Origin: Octopus sinensis
Taxonomy: Eukaryota
Reading direction: 5' to 3'
Length of the DNA stretch: 64,000 nucleotides
Assembly: GCF_006345805.1 (NCBI RefSeq)
Contig: NW_021833710.1
Location: 1 to 64,000, forward strand
Position 1 is the first letter of the stretch. Every line of letters begins with the position of its first letter. Below, in pieces: positions 10,900 to 23,689 of this stretch. The position numbers and the translations under genes were made by a program. The notes under the pieces are model-generated. The model saw nothing but the letters and a program-made list of their open reading frames with translations, was not told the origin of the DNA and searched no databases.

Positions 10900-12025
10900 A
10901 GAAAACTTATATGAAAACCATACTTGACATCGATACCACCATAGAAACTATCAAGCAAAAGATATGTGCTAAAGCTGTCCGCATAGCCCGGTAGGAAAAG
11001 CGCGTTAGATTCTTCAAGGACATGTTTAAAAGTAACACAAAAAATTTTCACAGGAAGATAGGGAAAATGCCAGTTACGGTAAAGTCTGTCCTATCAAAAG
11101 AAGTGCAGGAATTTTGAAATTAAATTTGGGCAGAAGAAATGACACAATAAAATTGTCCCTTAGATTGATAGAATATCTACTGATAGAATATCTACTGAGG
11201 AAAGAGTAAGATTCCTAACTTCTTGTTGAAATCCAGAAACTCATGAACTGCTAAGTAAACTTTACAACAATGTTTTGCCACAACTTAGTATGCTTCCCTC
11301 TTAGTTAGTTAAAGGTGTTACATTCCTACTTCCAAAAAACGAAGAAACAAATGACCCCAAAATTATAGACCCATAACCTGCTTAACATTGTAAGTATGAG
11401 ATCATGGAGAACCACACTGATTTGAACAGTGACAATGAATCTCTCAATGCTGGAGATGTAAATATTTCATGTGGCATTTTCCAGGGTAACTCTATATCAC
11501 CATTCCTCTTATGGCACAGGAAGAAATATAAGAAATGGAGGCACGACCAGGCTGTAAAAGTTCTACTCAGGAAATTACCAGTAATGGGGATTTGAAGCTG
11601 GAAAAACGCGGTACAATCATTTGAGTTGAAAGAGAACTAGAGTCACAGAAATGTAAGATTTTGTAGGACTTTCATTTTCAAACGGGCAAGAAATTAGAAA
11701 ATAATAGACCAGGCATAACGATTGTATATAAGGGAGGGTGAAGTTGCTTACTCATCGACCCATCATGCCCGTTTGATTCCAGGAACGTAAAGAAAGAGGA
11801 AGAGAAACAAAGAATATACAACCCCTTAAAATTTAAAATAGAAAGAATTTGGAACATGCGAACAGTAAAGGTCGTGCCTATAATAATTGTTCCGTTGGAA
11901 ACAGTATGCCAAGATGTAGACAAATGGCTGAATGCACTTGGACTGGAATGTCCGGTACAGCTCCTAGAGAACGTCTGTCTGTCAGGGACAGCAAGGATTA
12001 TCAGGAGGATTCTAAGCACTGTAAA
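10900..12025 (+). pseudogene. Dong-b ORF remnant: pre-RT region, partial RT, RLE domain and C-terminus, with internal deletions
   Basis: IKQKICAKAVRIAR*EKRVRFFK; LVKGVTFLLPKNEETNDPK/NYRPITC; GIFQGNSISP; RHDQ; DFHFQTGKKLENNRPGITIV..CLLIDPSCPFD..KEEEK..RIWNMRTVKVVPIII..GTARIIRRIL. Confidence 0.85.
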
Positions 12026-12271
12026 GTCTGCCGAAAACTTGTCGATACCTAAGGTTACAGGTAGTAACCCGCTACCTACTTCAATCCTTCAAGGAATAAA
12101 ACCAAACCGAAGCCACACCAAATATATTCCGTGCAGCACGGAATTTTGTCAATGAACAGGTCACAATCTCAAAGCGACGAAAATATTTTGACAAATTAGA
12201 TTCAAATGTTGAAGTGAATCTAACGGATTTTGCGTGTTTCTTAAATGGCTTATAAACACCTTCCACGCTGC

Positions 12272-12340
<69 letters not shown>
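12272..12340. repeat. (AAT)n microsatellite
   Basis: Direct inspection. Confidence 0.95.
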
Positions 12341-12341
<1 letters not shown>

Positions 12342-12838
12342 GTGTTATCATGTACATTGTTTTGTCTTGGTATAAAAGATGGGCTACAGCAAATATTCTG
12401 CTCAATACCACAGATTTGCTTGTCAGTTGCTTGACCTTAACCAGTTGAGCATGTCCCTTAGTGGCTGACGATATGTGCATCTCTGATCACGAGCAGAAGT
12501 AGTGGGGGAGCATCATGGCCATGTGTTGGGGGGGATTCTTTGGGGTTTGAATAATTCACCTCTGGAAACATGGGTGGTTCTTTCAACATCCTTAAACAAC
12601 CCTTATTCAGTGACGTTTTGAGCGGGATGGGCTACTCAACCTGAAGAAAATTCTAACTGGGCCCCACCTGCAAGGTCATGTGCTGTTTATCTTGATATGA
12701 GATCACCATGTCGCGCACATATGGTTGTGATGCATGTGCCTGGTGTACCTTTATCAGACGGGTAGTCATGATGGGTATATTGAGCTTCGTATATTTCACC
12801 CCAGTGTCACTTTGATGGCATGCACTGCTCTCTCACTC
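12341..12838 (+). mobile_element. Unclassified non-coding element E (copy 1), embedded in (AAT)n
   Basis: Homologous to 43818-44326. Ends CTCTCTCACTC|AATAAT. 58 bp shorter at its 5' end than copy 2. Confidence 0.75.

Positions 12839-12872
<34 letters not shown>
12839..12872. repeat. (AAT)n microsatellite
   Basis: Direct inspection. Confidence 0.95.
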
Positions 12873-12876
<4 letters not shown>

Positions 12877-13040
12877 TTTAGTCATAATAACTTGAAAGAA
12901 ATGAACGTAGTAGTGTTATGGGAATAATGATTTTAAACAAATGAAAGGAATTTTCTCCAATGGTTTTCTAAAATCATATTTACGACTAAGTTTTGTTCTG
13001 TTGTTTTGTAAGATGGAAGAGCGAAATTGTATCAAATTAC

Positions 13041-13464
13041 TTACTCTTTTACTCTCTTTTACTCTTTTACTTGTTTCAGTCATTTGACTGCGGCCATGCT
13101 GGAGCACCGCCTTTAGTCGAGCAAATCGACCCCCGGGACTTATTCTCTGTAAGCCCAGTACTTATTCTATCGGTCTCTTTTGCCGAACCGCTAAGTGACG
13201 GGGACGCAAACACACCAGCATCGGTTGTCAAGCGATGTTGGGGTGGGGGGACAAACACAGACACACATGCATATATATATATACATATACATATATACAT
13301 ATATACGACAGGCTTCTTTCAGTTTCCGTCTACCAAATCCACTCACAAGGCATTGGTCGGCCCGAGGCTATAGCAGAAGACACTTGCCGAAGATGCCACG
13401 CAGTTGGACTGAACCCGGAACCATGTGGTTGGTAAGCAAGCTACTTACCACACAGCCACTCCTG
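13041..13464 (-). mobile_element. SINE family A, full length
   Basis: Tail (TACTCTTT)n, head ...CAGCCACTCCTG. Confidence 0.9.
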
Positions 13465-14133
13465 AGACGTTTACTGTAGTTGTTGCTTGCAGTTGCTTGA
13501 GATCGGAATTTGTAGTTATAGACATATTTAACTGTGATTTCTGGTAACCGGAGTCTAAGCAACAGGAAAGGCCATAACATGTTAGACAATGTTGCTAGAT
13601 AACAAACCTAACTACAGTCTCTCTCTCAAGACAGTCATAACTAAATGCTCCGTTTTCATTTTTACATGTTTCGTCATGATGAGTATGAACCTGAAACATT
13701 ATTATTATTATTATTATCTTCAGAAATTGAAATGGACTCATTTTGCCTGGGTGAATATGTATATAAGCTTGTGACGGAGTAGAAACAAGAAACGATAACT
13801 GGAAGAAGCGTTCGTTGCGGGTTTGTACCTCGTCTGTTGTTGTGATTGTGATTTGTTGTACTTTACATGCCCAGGCCAAGCTATGGATGGAACATTATAC
13901 TTCACTTAACAGATTATATAGCGAAACTCTATTTGTTCTAGACAGCGGTTGTTATAGTTTCTACTCTGGTGAAGCAGAGTATATTTCTCCTTCACTGATA
14001 TACGATAAATATGAAATGGAGGAAAAAATAATGAAGAAAAGCATAAAAACATAAAGGCATAAAAGTATAAGAAATACAGTAATAGTAATGATACACGCAC
14101 ACATATATGTATATGTATAATTATATATATATA

Positions 14134-14187
<54 letters not shown>

Positions 14188-15124
14188 CGTATGTATGTGG
14201 GTAGGTGTAAGTTCTTGCGCACGTACGTATATATATTTTGAAAAAAATGAAAATGCTGATTCAGAAATCATTATCGAAAGCACCGAGATAAGAAAACTTC
14301 AGCAGAATAAATCAATTGCCAAATGCCATTAGCAAAACTATTCAAACACTCTCTCTGTCATAACAACTCACTAATAATAAGAAAAGTGACAACAAAAATC
14401 TTTACCCGTTACTTTTAGGTAGCGTTCAAATTTTTCTACATTATATATATTCAAAGGGAAATAAAATATTTTTATTCCTTATTTCCTTACCCCTTATTCA
14501 CCTAAACTATTATGTAAGTGTTGATCAGCATAGTCATTAGAGTATCGGACCGAATACTTTGCGCTATTTATTCTGGTAATAAAGTATCTGTTTTGGTGGA
14601 TTGGTGAAGCTCTAAGTGCGGCCGACAGGTTGCCATGTTCTGGCTCTTTGTAATCTCAGTCCCTCTTTCTCTTCTCTTGTTTTAAGTTCTAGCGTCTTGA
14701 ACTGTTTTATTTTTTTACATAGTTTCTTATACTAGCAAAATGTGGAATATATATAAAGTATATACAAAATTTGATCACCCCTAGCTGTGATGTTTAGTCT
14801 TGGAGAAACTGCTGAAAGAAATTTGTGTGTTTAAAAAAATATTTAAAATTGACTTCTCATAGAATGTCTTCGGCAGATCGTCACACACAGTAGTGGCTCG
14901 ACCTTATTTGGTTTACTCAGGAACGAATACAATTGCACATTCTGCGCTAAGTGTAAAAATATTTGTTCCAATATAGAAACAATAAATTCACTGATTTGTG
15001 CTAAAGATGGCCAGGCTAAAATTAAATATATTCGCTTGATGCAACACCAGATTAAAATACGATGTGAATAGCATTTATAACGTTTCGTATATTCATTTGG
15101 TAGTTGATCTCTTTCTCTAATTTC

Positions 15125-15542
15125 CTCTTTTTTTTTTTTTTTACTTGTTTCAGTCATTTGACTGCGGCCATGCTGGAGCACCGCCTTTAGTCGAGCAAAT
15201 CGACCCCGGGACTTATTCTTTGTAAGCCCAGTACTTATTCTATCGGTCTCTTTTGCCGAACTGCTAAGTGACGGGGACGTAAACACACCAGCATCGGTCG
15301 TCAAGCAATGCTAGGAGGACAAACACAGACACACAAACATACACACACACACAAACACACACACATATATATATATATACGACAGGCTTCTTTCAGTTTC
15401 CGTCTACCAAATCCACTCACAAGGCTTTGGTCGGCCCGGGGCTATAGCAGAAGACACTTGCCCAAGGTGCCACGCAGCGGGATTGAACCCAGATCCATGT
15501 GTCTGGTTAGCAAGCTACTTACCACACAGCCACTCCTGCGCC
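15125..15542 (-). mobile_element. SINE family A, full length
   Basis: Matches the family A consensus. Confidence 0.9.
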
Positions 15543-15664
15543 TATCATCTTATTAACTTTTCTCTTTCTATGTATTATATTTTTTATGATTTTCTTGCTT
15601 TTTACCTCTCCCTCTCTCTCAGTTTCGTTCTCTCTCTCTCACATACGTCTTCCACACACGTCTT

Positions 15665-15709
<45 letters not shown>

Positions 15710-16209
15710 AAACAATTCTTTATCAACTGCTCACTTCTCTGTTACTCATAAATTTCTCCATTCTTTTTACCAATCACTTCAGTCATCACTCAGTTTTTCT
15801 TCCCTTTAATCGTTTCGTTTGTTTCTGTTCTACTTTTCTCTCTGGCCCGTCTACACAGAATCACATATTCCTTCTCTCTATCTCTTTCTCTCTTCCTCTC
15901 TCCCCCTCTCCCTCCTCTTTCTCTCTCGCATGCCTATATCGCACATATTTTCTCTCCATTTTTCCATCTGCCTCTCCCTTTTTTTTTGTCCCTAACTTGT
16001 TAAATCACCCCTTCCTGTTTTCACTCTCTCACAGTTTTATTTCGTAACATATTTCGCGCTTAGATCATGTAATCTTGACATTTGTGTTTTTGCTTGAAAG
16101 CTGTCTTCATCTTGTCACATAAAGGGAGAATGCAGAATGTAGCTGCATTACATATTATATATAGAAACATATAAACATAGAAGCATCTAAACACATAGAC
16201 ACACATAAA

Positions 16210-16446
16210 CTGCCGGCATCAGTTGTTAGTTGTCGGACACAGTATCCTTCAAACCTTCCATGCTTCCTGAGATTCGTTAACACTACACCTGATTTTCTCC
16301 CCTCCATACACACGCAAGCATGTATCTGACTCATACACTGTTCACTTTCCAGACATTTGTACATTACTGCATATGCTTTATCCGCACTTTTGACAAGTTG
16401 TGGTGCACCTGAGCACTGTATACAATAATTTCATTATTATTATTAT
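16210..16446 (+). mobile_element. Possible LINE 3' end with (ATT)n tail
   Basis: Ends TGTGGTGCACCTGAGCACTGTATACAATAATTTC(ATT)n, which resembles LINE 3' UTR ends. Single copy in the window, no coding motif. Confidence 0.35.
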
Positions 16447-16564
16447 ATAAATGCATGAACACATAACTACATAAAAAAATTATGCCGCGTTCATCAACTC
16501 ACAAATCTCATAACTCTTCGGATAAAGCTATTTGAAACAGATGACAGTGGAATCTATAGAGAGC

Positions 16565-16945
16565 GTGGAGGTGCAATGGTCCAGTGATTAGGGCAACGGA
16601 CTCGCGGTCGTCGGATCGCGGTTTCGATTCACAGACCGGGTGTTGTGAGTGGTTATTGAACGAAAACACCTAAAGCTCCATGAGTCTCCGGCAGGGGAGT
16701 GGTGGTGAACTCTGCTTTACTCTTTCACCACAACTTTCTCTCACTCTTTCTTCTTGTTTCTGTTGTACCTGTATTTTAAAGGGCCAGCCTTGTCACACTC
16801 TGTGTCACGCTGAATCTCCCCGAGAACTACGTTAAGGATACACGTGTCTGTGGAGTGCTCAGCTACTTGCACGTTAATTTCACGAGCCGGCTGTTCCGTT
16901 GATCGGATCAACTGGAACACTCGTCGTCGTAACCGACGGAGTGCC
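16565..16945 (+). mobile_element. SINE with C head and shared tail T
   Basis: Head GTGGAGGTGCAATGG..GACTCGCGGTC..GTTTCGATTC. Tail ...GTCGTAACCGACGGAGTGCC. TSD core TATAGAGAGC at 16555-16564 and 16959-16968. Confidence 0.85.
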
Positions 16946-18644
16946 ATGACGATGGAGTTATAGAGAGCAAAATGTTTTTTTTAAAAAGCACAGTTTGAAA
17001 ATAATTTTTCCAACTTTTCTAAGTTATTTGATAACAGGGGTCTTTTGACAAGTGTAGAGATAAACAACCACTCTCTTGTACACGTTTATTGTTAAAGACT
17101 ATAAAAAATGTGATAACACATTGGGCTATCGATATCTGCATGTATACAGCTGTTGTCATTCAGAATACATGCGTGGAAGGTAATTTAATTTCATTCGGTA
17201 ATGAAGTTAATCGATGTTAGCAACCCAGGTGAATGACGAAATTGCAAGAAAATATTTAGTCTCTGCGCCCCAAAATCAGACATCTAGACACCGTTCTCAT
17301 GATTAAGGTGAATAATAAATTTACGTTAGACAAACTACATCACATTGAAAATATATACAAAAATGTACAGAGTTTATACACTTTGAAATCTTGAGGGAAA
17401 AGTTCATGACTTTAATAGCAAGAAGTCGAAACCTTTAGTGAAAAACTTGTGTATCAGGCAAGAAAGAAAACAATGGATTCTAATCTACAAATTGTATACA
17501 AGAAGATGAAGAGAAATAATATTTTTGTAAAATACAGTAGCATTTTAGGAAGGTCTTACAACCTATTCGTCCAGCGTCTAAAATAAAAGGAATGATTTTG
17601 CCAGGCAAATCACGTAGAGATATATCAAGAGCACTATGCTACTTTCAACAGACAGTAAAACTTATACAGTCGACTATGAAACTCCCACTGAGGTTGTTGG
17701 AAACTTGCATAACTAGAAAACATCAGAAATAGAACTTACTGGTGAATTTTCTTACTAGAGTTTGACATGCTAGAGAAAGTCAACAACAGCTATATATTTC
17801 AGAAACTTATAGAGAGGCTAGATAGAGATACAAACTGACTTGCCAGCGCACATAGAAATCTTGGAATCGGGAATGTAAACACAAACTGATGGGAAATTAT
17901 TGGACAATTGCTTGCCAAAAACGTAATGCACAAGCTACACACAAGGTGCCTCAATTCCTGTAAGACTTTTTTGAGTTCATCCATAAAGCGCATGGTAAGC
18001 AAGGAAAGTAGAATGTTATGAAAACCTTTTGATCAGTAAACTGCTATTTTAAGTAAGGAAACACTACTGAAACTGTGTAATTGAACGGTGTGATTACAGA
18101 AAGGCATTCAATTTTATTCCTTCACTCCTAGCTGCTTAAGTTACTGAGATGTTAAAAGTAAATGCTGCTTTGAAAGGCTCACAAAGACTTCATAGCTACG
18201 AAATAACTAAAGGAATAGTGTTGAGTGGAGGAGTCTTAACTTCAGCGGAGTATAAATACTTTAATTGTGATACTTAAAAAAAAAAAAGAAAATTTAAACC
18301 GATCTTACAAATTTCCCGATAGGCAAGTGGTCATATTATTTATATCCTACAACGAACAATATGTTTGATTCACCTGCCATCATTGATTAACGATTAAAAC
18401 ACTTCTCAAATTCTATGCAATATTTTCTATAAGTTTGTTCACTTTCTTTTTCTTAAGAATCGACCCTCGTCTGACTGTGTATAGACCATGATGTACCTAT
18501 GCGCGTAGACACGTATGGGTACATACATACATATGCGACACCGTGTGTGTATAATTGTGTGTGAGTGTATATGCGTGTGTGCATGTGTGCGCGTGTGTGT
18601 GTACAGTGATGGAATCAACGAAACTCAGTAGGTAGCAAGCATAG

Positions 18645-18857
18645 AAGGCGGTCAACTCAGAGAATTGTTAGTATGCCGAACGAAATGTTTAGTGGCATTA
18701 CGCCTATCTTTATGCTCTGAGTTCGAATTCCGCCGAAGTCGACTTTACCTTTCATCATTTCAGGGTCAATAAAATAAGTAAAAATGCCCACTAGTGTCCA
18801 TGCGATCAGTATACCACTCCCACTGAAATCACTGGCCATGTGTCAAAATTTGGAAAC
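18645..18857 (+). mobile_element. Diverged B'' SINE
   Basis: GAGTTCGAATTCCGCCGAAGTCGACTTTACCTTTCATC core. Similar old copies at about 21121-21298, 22710-22920, 25720-25930 and 33140-33350 (minus). Confidence 0.7.
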
Positions 18858-19601
18858 ATATGTAGCAAGCCTCGAACATTGAATTACAAGTAAGGTGCAA
18901 ATAATTAGCATTCACAGTTTCTATGTTTCCAGTTTAACGCAAAAAGCTGGCGTTGGACGGGGTTAACTGTAAATGTTTTTCTAAAATGCAATGCGTGGAA
19001 CTGGGTTTTGGTCCTTATGACTGTGAAGCGAACTTCCTGACCACTTGGTCATGCCTGAATTTTCAGGAAATGGGCTCTAGAACATGTGTTCTTCATGCGA
19101 TTATCCATTGTATCGTTTTCTAAGACTGTATCTTAGGGCTTCAGCATGACATTACATGATGTATTATCAAACGTCAGGATGTGAGATGAAGATTCAATTG
19201 TTATTTGTAGCATATATACATATTTAGAGGTTTAGCAACCATCTAAGAGATAGTAAATATCCAATATACTTCTGGATGTATACCTGCCTATTTATATCCC
19301 AGTGCTTACTATTGCAGGGCAATATCGCAATTGCATACAAGGTATGGGTTGTGGGTAAAGCAGGACTTTACTCAGAATTTATAAGACAAATAAGAAAATG
19401 GAGAGGACAAACAATCGACCAACGTAAGCTAGTAAACATTCAAGTATATCTATTTATTAATTGATTACAATCATATGTATAAGTGATCCAAATAAGCACA
19501 TAAATAAATAGGTAAATAAAAATAAACGAATAAGAATAAAAGAGTATACAAATACTAATATATATATATGTATGTATATATAAATGTATCTGTATATGTA
19601 A

Positions 19602-19786
<185 letters not shown>

Positions 19787-21671
19787 TGCATAAAAATGTG
19801 TGTATACGTAATTATAGATGCTTTTAGAGATGTAGCTATGTATAACTTAAATAAAATGTCTATCACATTTGCCCTCAGAAATATACAAGCAGAAACATAT
19901 ACACACACGAATGCATACATTTACATATATATATAACACAATACTTACATAACGACATACACGTTTCAATACCGAGATTTTGAGCACAATAGACAATACA
20001 CTGATTAGAGTTCTACCTATCTAAGAGACCAATGGTGGTTTCAATGCAACTCAAAAGAAAACATGATAGGATTTGCTTATGTACACGAAACTAGAAATTT
20101 CAATTTAAGGCATACTACATACTTATATAAACATGTATGTATGAATATACATGTGTGTATATATATATATGTGTGTGGGTATGTGTGTGCATATATATGT
20201 ATATGTATGTATATATACCTGTATATGCACACATCACTGATATGTTAAGTTTAGTTTCTGATAAAAACGATTTACTGCTCAGAAAAACCATTTAGATTCT
20301 ATTGTATTGCGCATTTCATACAATAAAAAGAATCCTAGGATAATGATGGAATTCTCATGCAATAGATGCTATGTATCTAAGTGTTGCTACAGGAGGCTGG
20401 ATGATCGAAACCTTCAGGTGTGGGGTTGACATTCAAATGCATGCGAACATATGCGGACGGAAAAAAAGAGACACATTCATGCACGCAGATGTACACTTAC
20501 ATGTCTGTGTATGCGATTAATTGTATTAAAATAATTGCATTTAGTGTATATGATTGATAAAAAGAGTGTCATGCAATTCATTTCCTTTGAGAGGTGTTGT
20601 TTTCATCTGATGATTGTTCAGATACATCAGGATATGAAACTCTTCTTGATTCTGTGTGTAATTTCATTACACAAACACATGCACATCTACATACTCACAC
20701 ACACACAATACCACACACGCACACACAAAACACACAACGCGCACACATACACACACGCACACACACACACAGAAGCACACTTTCCTTTTCTACTTTTCTC
20801 TCTCCTCCTTTTCTATTTCACTCTCCTCTCTCTCTCTCTCTCTCTCTCGCTGGCAGAATGTTGATTCAAAGAATAGTTGCTTAATCTTAGATCACTTGTG
20901 ACCGAGAAGAACATTATCATGGTGCTAACCAAAATTCCGCCCTTCTTCCTATCTAGGAGCGCTGTGTCAAAACGCTCTTCGTTTGCTTCTGAAAACACGA
21001 AGAAATTTAACTTTGATTTAGTATTCTTTCTTCGAAACAAAGAGATTGAGCAAGGTTTATTAACGCTACTTGCGAAAAATAGTTCTATTGTAGATGCTTA
21101 TCAATGCTATATAAGCCCATAAGGCAGCGAACTGACAGAATCGTTGGAATCAAAGGCAGAATGCTTAACGACGTCTTCTCTGTCTTTAGGTTCTGAGTTC
21201 AAATTTCACCGAGGTCGACTTCGCATTTTATTCTTTGAGGTTCCTTGAAATAAGTACCAATTGAACACTGGGGTCGATGTAATCGACTTACATCTCTCCT
21301 ATATGTTTATTTATGTATTTAAAGGGCTAAAAAACCACTATGTGGTCAGCCATATGCTAGAAGTAGATAAACCTGCAATCAAACTACAAAGGAAAGAATG
21401 TTCCCTAGAGAAAAATTCAGCGGACACCAGAACAATATGCGGGCAAGACAGATGAAAATTATATAAAAAACAAGTTAATCGCAGACCTAGGTTTCGCCTA
21501 TAAACGAATGAATCACTTACGTAATCCTCGTTCGTAGGGCTCGTCAGTACGATCGTTCCACAGGTAATATAATTTGTAAAACTGACCACCAGTTTTCCGT
21601 ATAAAAAACAGACACGCGCTTAGTTTCACCGATTACATTGGGGTTAATTTCAAATGTCTGAGTTCAAATGT

Positions 21672-21883
21672 CTCTTTTACTTGTTTCTGTCATTTGACTG
21701 CGGCCATGCTGGAGCACCGCCTTTAGTCGGGCAACTCGACCCCGGGACTTATTCTTTGTAAGCCCAGTACTTATTTTATCTGTCTCTTTTGCCGAACCGC
21801 TAGGTGACGGGGACATAAACACACCAGCATCGGTTGTCAAGCAATGCTAGGGGGACAAACACAGACACACAAACACACACGCA

Positions 21884-21917
<34 letters not shown>

Positions 21918-22082
21918 TACGACGGACCTCTTTCAGTTTCCGTCTACCAAATCCACTCACAAGGCTTTGGTCGGCCCGAGGCTATAGTAGAAGACATTTG
22001 CCCAAGGTGCCACGCAGTGGGACTGAACCCCGAACTATGTGGTTAGTAAGCAAGCTACTTACCACACAGCCACTCCTGCGCC
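21672..22082 (-). mobile_element. SINE family A, full length
   Basis: Matches the family A consensus. Confidence 0.9.
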
Positions 22083-23249
22083 TATGTCTGTTTATTTATG
22101 TATGCATATATCAACTTCAATAGGCAGTCAAAGAACGAAGCACAGCTCACTGCAAGTCTTCGTCTGGTGCAGTGGACTTAACCCAAACTGTCATTTTTAA
22201 AATTTGGGAATCGCAGTAGTGCGTAGTATATAAAATGATCAGAAATAAGAAGTGAGGGATCCGCATTCCAGATGGATTGATAGACAAAATCATTTAACAG
22301 ACAACGAAGTAAACAAGTTATAAGGCGACTCAGTAATGATGTAAATCTATGTGTGTGTGTGTACTCACATGCAAACATACAGTTACACACGCACACAGAG
22401 CCGTGACTATCTCGTCTCTTTCTTGTATGTATGAAATCAATGAGCACATTATTAAGCGTGCCAGTTTTAAAGATATGTGAGATGTGCCTAAACATAGATC
22501 AGGCTGATATTTTTAATTGTTTGATTGACCACACGAACGCTTCATCATTGGCTTGCACAATAACCGCTCAAATTGATTGTACCGACAGTATTATTGTTGG
22601 TGGTGTTACATTTGATGTACCATAGGTTGACTTAATTGTCCCAACACACAACGAGAAGACGGTGTCTTCGTACTCTTTGTAAGTTTTCTTTGTTAATATA
22701 TAAATATCTAAGACGGCGAGCAGTGGCAAACATTAGCATGCTGTGCAAAATGCTTAGCGGCACTTCATCCTTTACGTTCTGAGTTCAAATTCCACCGAGG
22801 TCGACTTTACTTTTCATTATTTCGGGGTCGATAAAATAAGAACTAGATGAGCACTGCAGTTGCTGTAATTGACTTACCCCTGCCCTGAAATTACTGGCCT
22901 TGTACCAAAATTTGAAACCAATATATATATATACTCCTGCACTACACTTGACAAAACAGTAAGGAACGACTTACACCTTATAATATATTTTTCGCCTTTT
23001 CAAGAACATGGATTCTATTGAATGTATATAGCATGGACTCTATTGAATGTATGTAACAATTATGAACTGTTCCATTATACTTTTTATGTATATAGCATGG
23101 ACTCTATTGAATGTATGAAACAATTATGAACTATTCCATTATACTCTTTATTATAAAAAAATTCTTTTTGATATGTTCGTTATTTCAAGAACCGAAACAT
23201 GTAAAAATTTAAATTTATCTAATATAGTGGCATTTTCAAACTTCTTTTT

Positions 23250-23297
<48 letters not shown>

Positions 23298-23298
<1 letters not shown>

Positions 23299-23688
23299 TA
23301 GCAGTATCACCCGGTGTTGTTTGGGTTTCGACCCTTTAGAATTGGAATTTTTGAAAAGTAAAAATTTTGCATTATGCAAATTGTTATTCTCTTCAAGTGA
23401 ACATTTTTCCTGTTGAAATACACCGAAAAATGGTGACACAGCAGTCAAAAATCGTAAAAAATAGGGATTTTCATAGAAAAAAGGCACCTTTTTGATGTAA
23501 ATAATTTTTGGTGTTAACATGGTCCGATTTGAATTTTATCTTCTACAGAATGAAGAGCAAGCCTTCTTCTATCATACTCTTAATTTTGGTCAACTTGCGC
23601 TGCAGGGTCTCGAAGGAGATAGTGTTAGTTGAAGGCTACCAAACCTGCCACACACAGACAACTTCAGCTTTATATATATATATATAGA
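23298..23688 (-). mobile_element. Non-autonomous Helitron
   Basis: On the minus strand: 5' A|TCTATATATA..., 3' subterminal AAACAACACCGGGTGATACTG then CTAG|T. Termini shared with 40331-40730. Confidence 0.75.
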
Positions 23689-23689
23689 T

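Larger units (their letters stand above)
8421..12271 (+). mobile_element. Decayed R4/Dong-clade non-LTR retrotransposon block (RT plus restriction-like endonuclease), chimeric, flanked by (AAT)n
   Basis: N-terminal KWTREEYITIL (8920). RT motifs ITTEEVTQALQKLSNWKAPG, PEWLTEGKT, NYRPITC, EEQKGC, IDYRKAFDS, FQGD. RHDQ. RLE NRP(G)ITIV...LLID...KEEEK. C-terminal GTARIIRRIL. (AAT)n on both sides. Confidence 0.9.

Noticed and set aside
8421-12271. Intact, active retrotransposon
   Set aside because: Multiple stops and frameshifts, no YMDD motif seen, and the RLE PD motif reads PG.
20813-21040. Possible minus-strand exon after TTTCTTCGTGTTTTCAG (ANEERFDTALLDRKKGGIL); similar isolated candidates at about 14864-15072 (+), 19320-19343 (+), 22431-22625 (+) and 49788-49850 (+)
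   Set aside because: No recognisable protein family, no consistent strand or phase chain, and weak or absent donors. They cannot be supported without RNA-seq or homology, but are not excluded.
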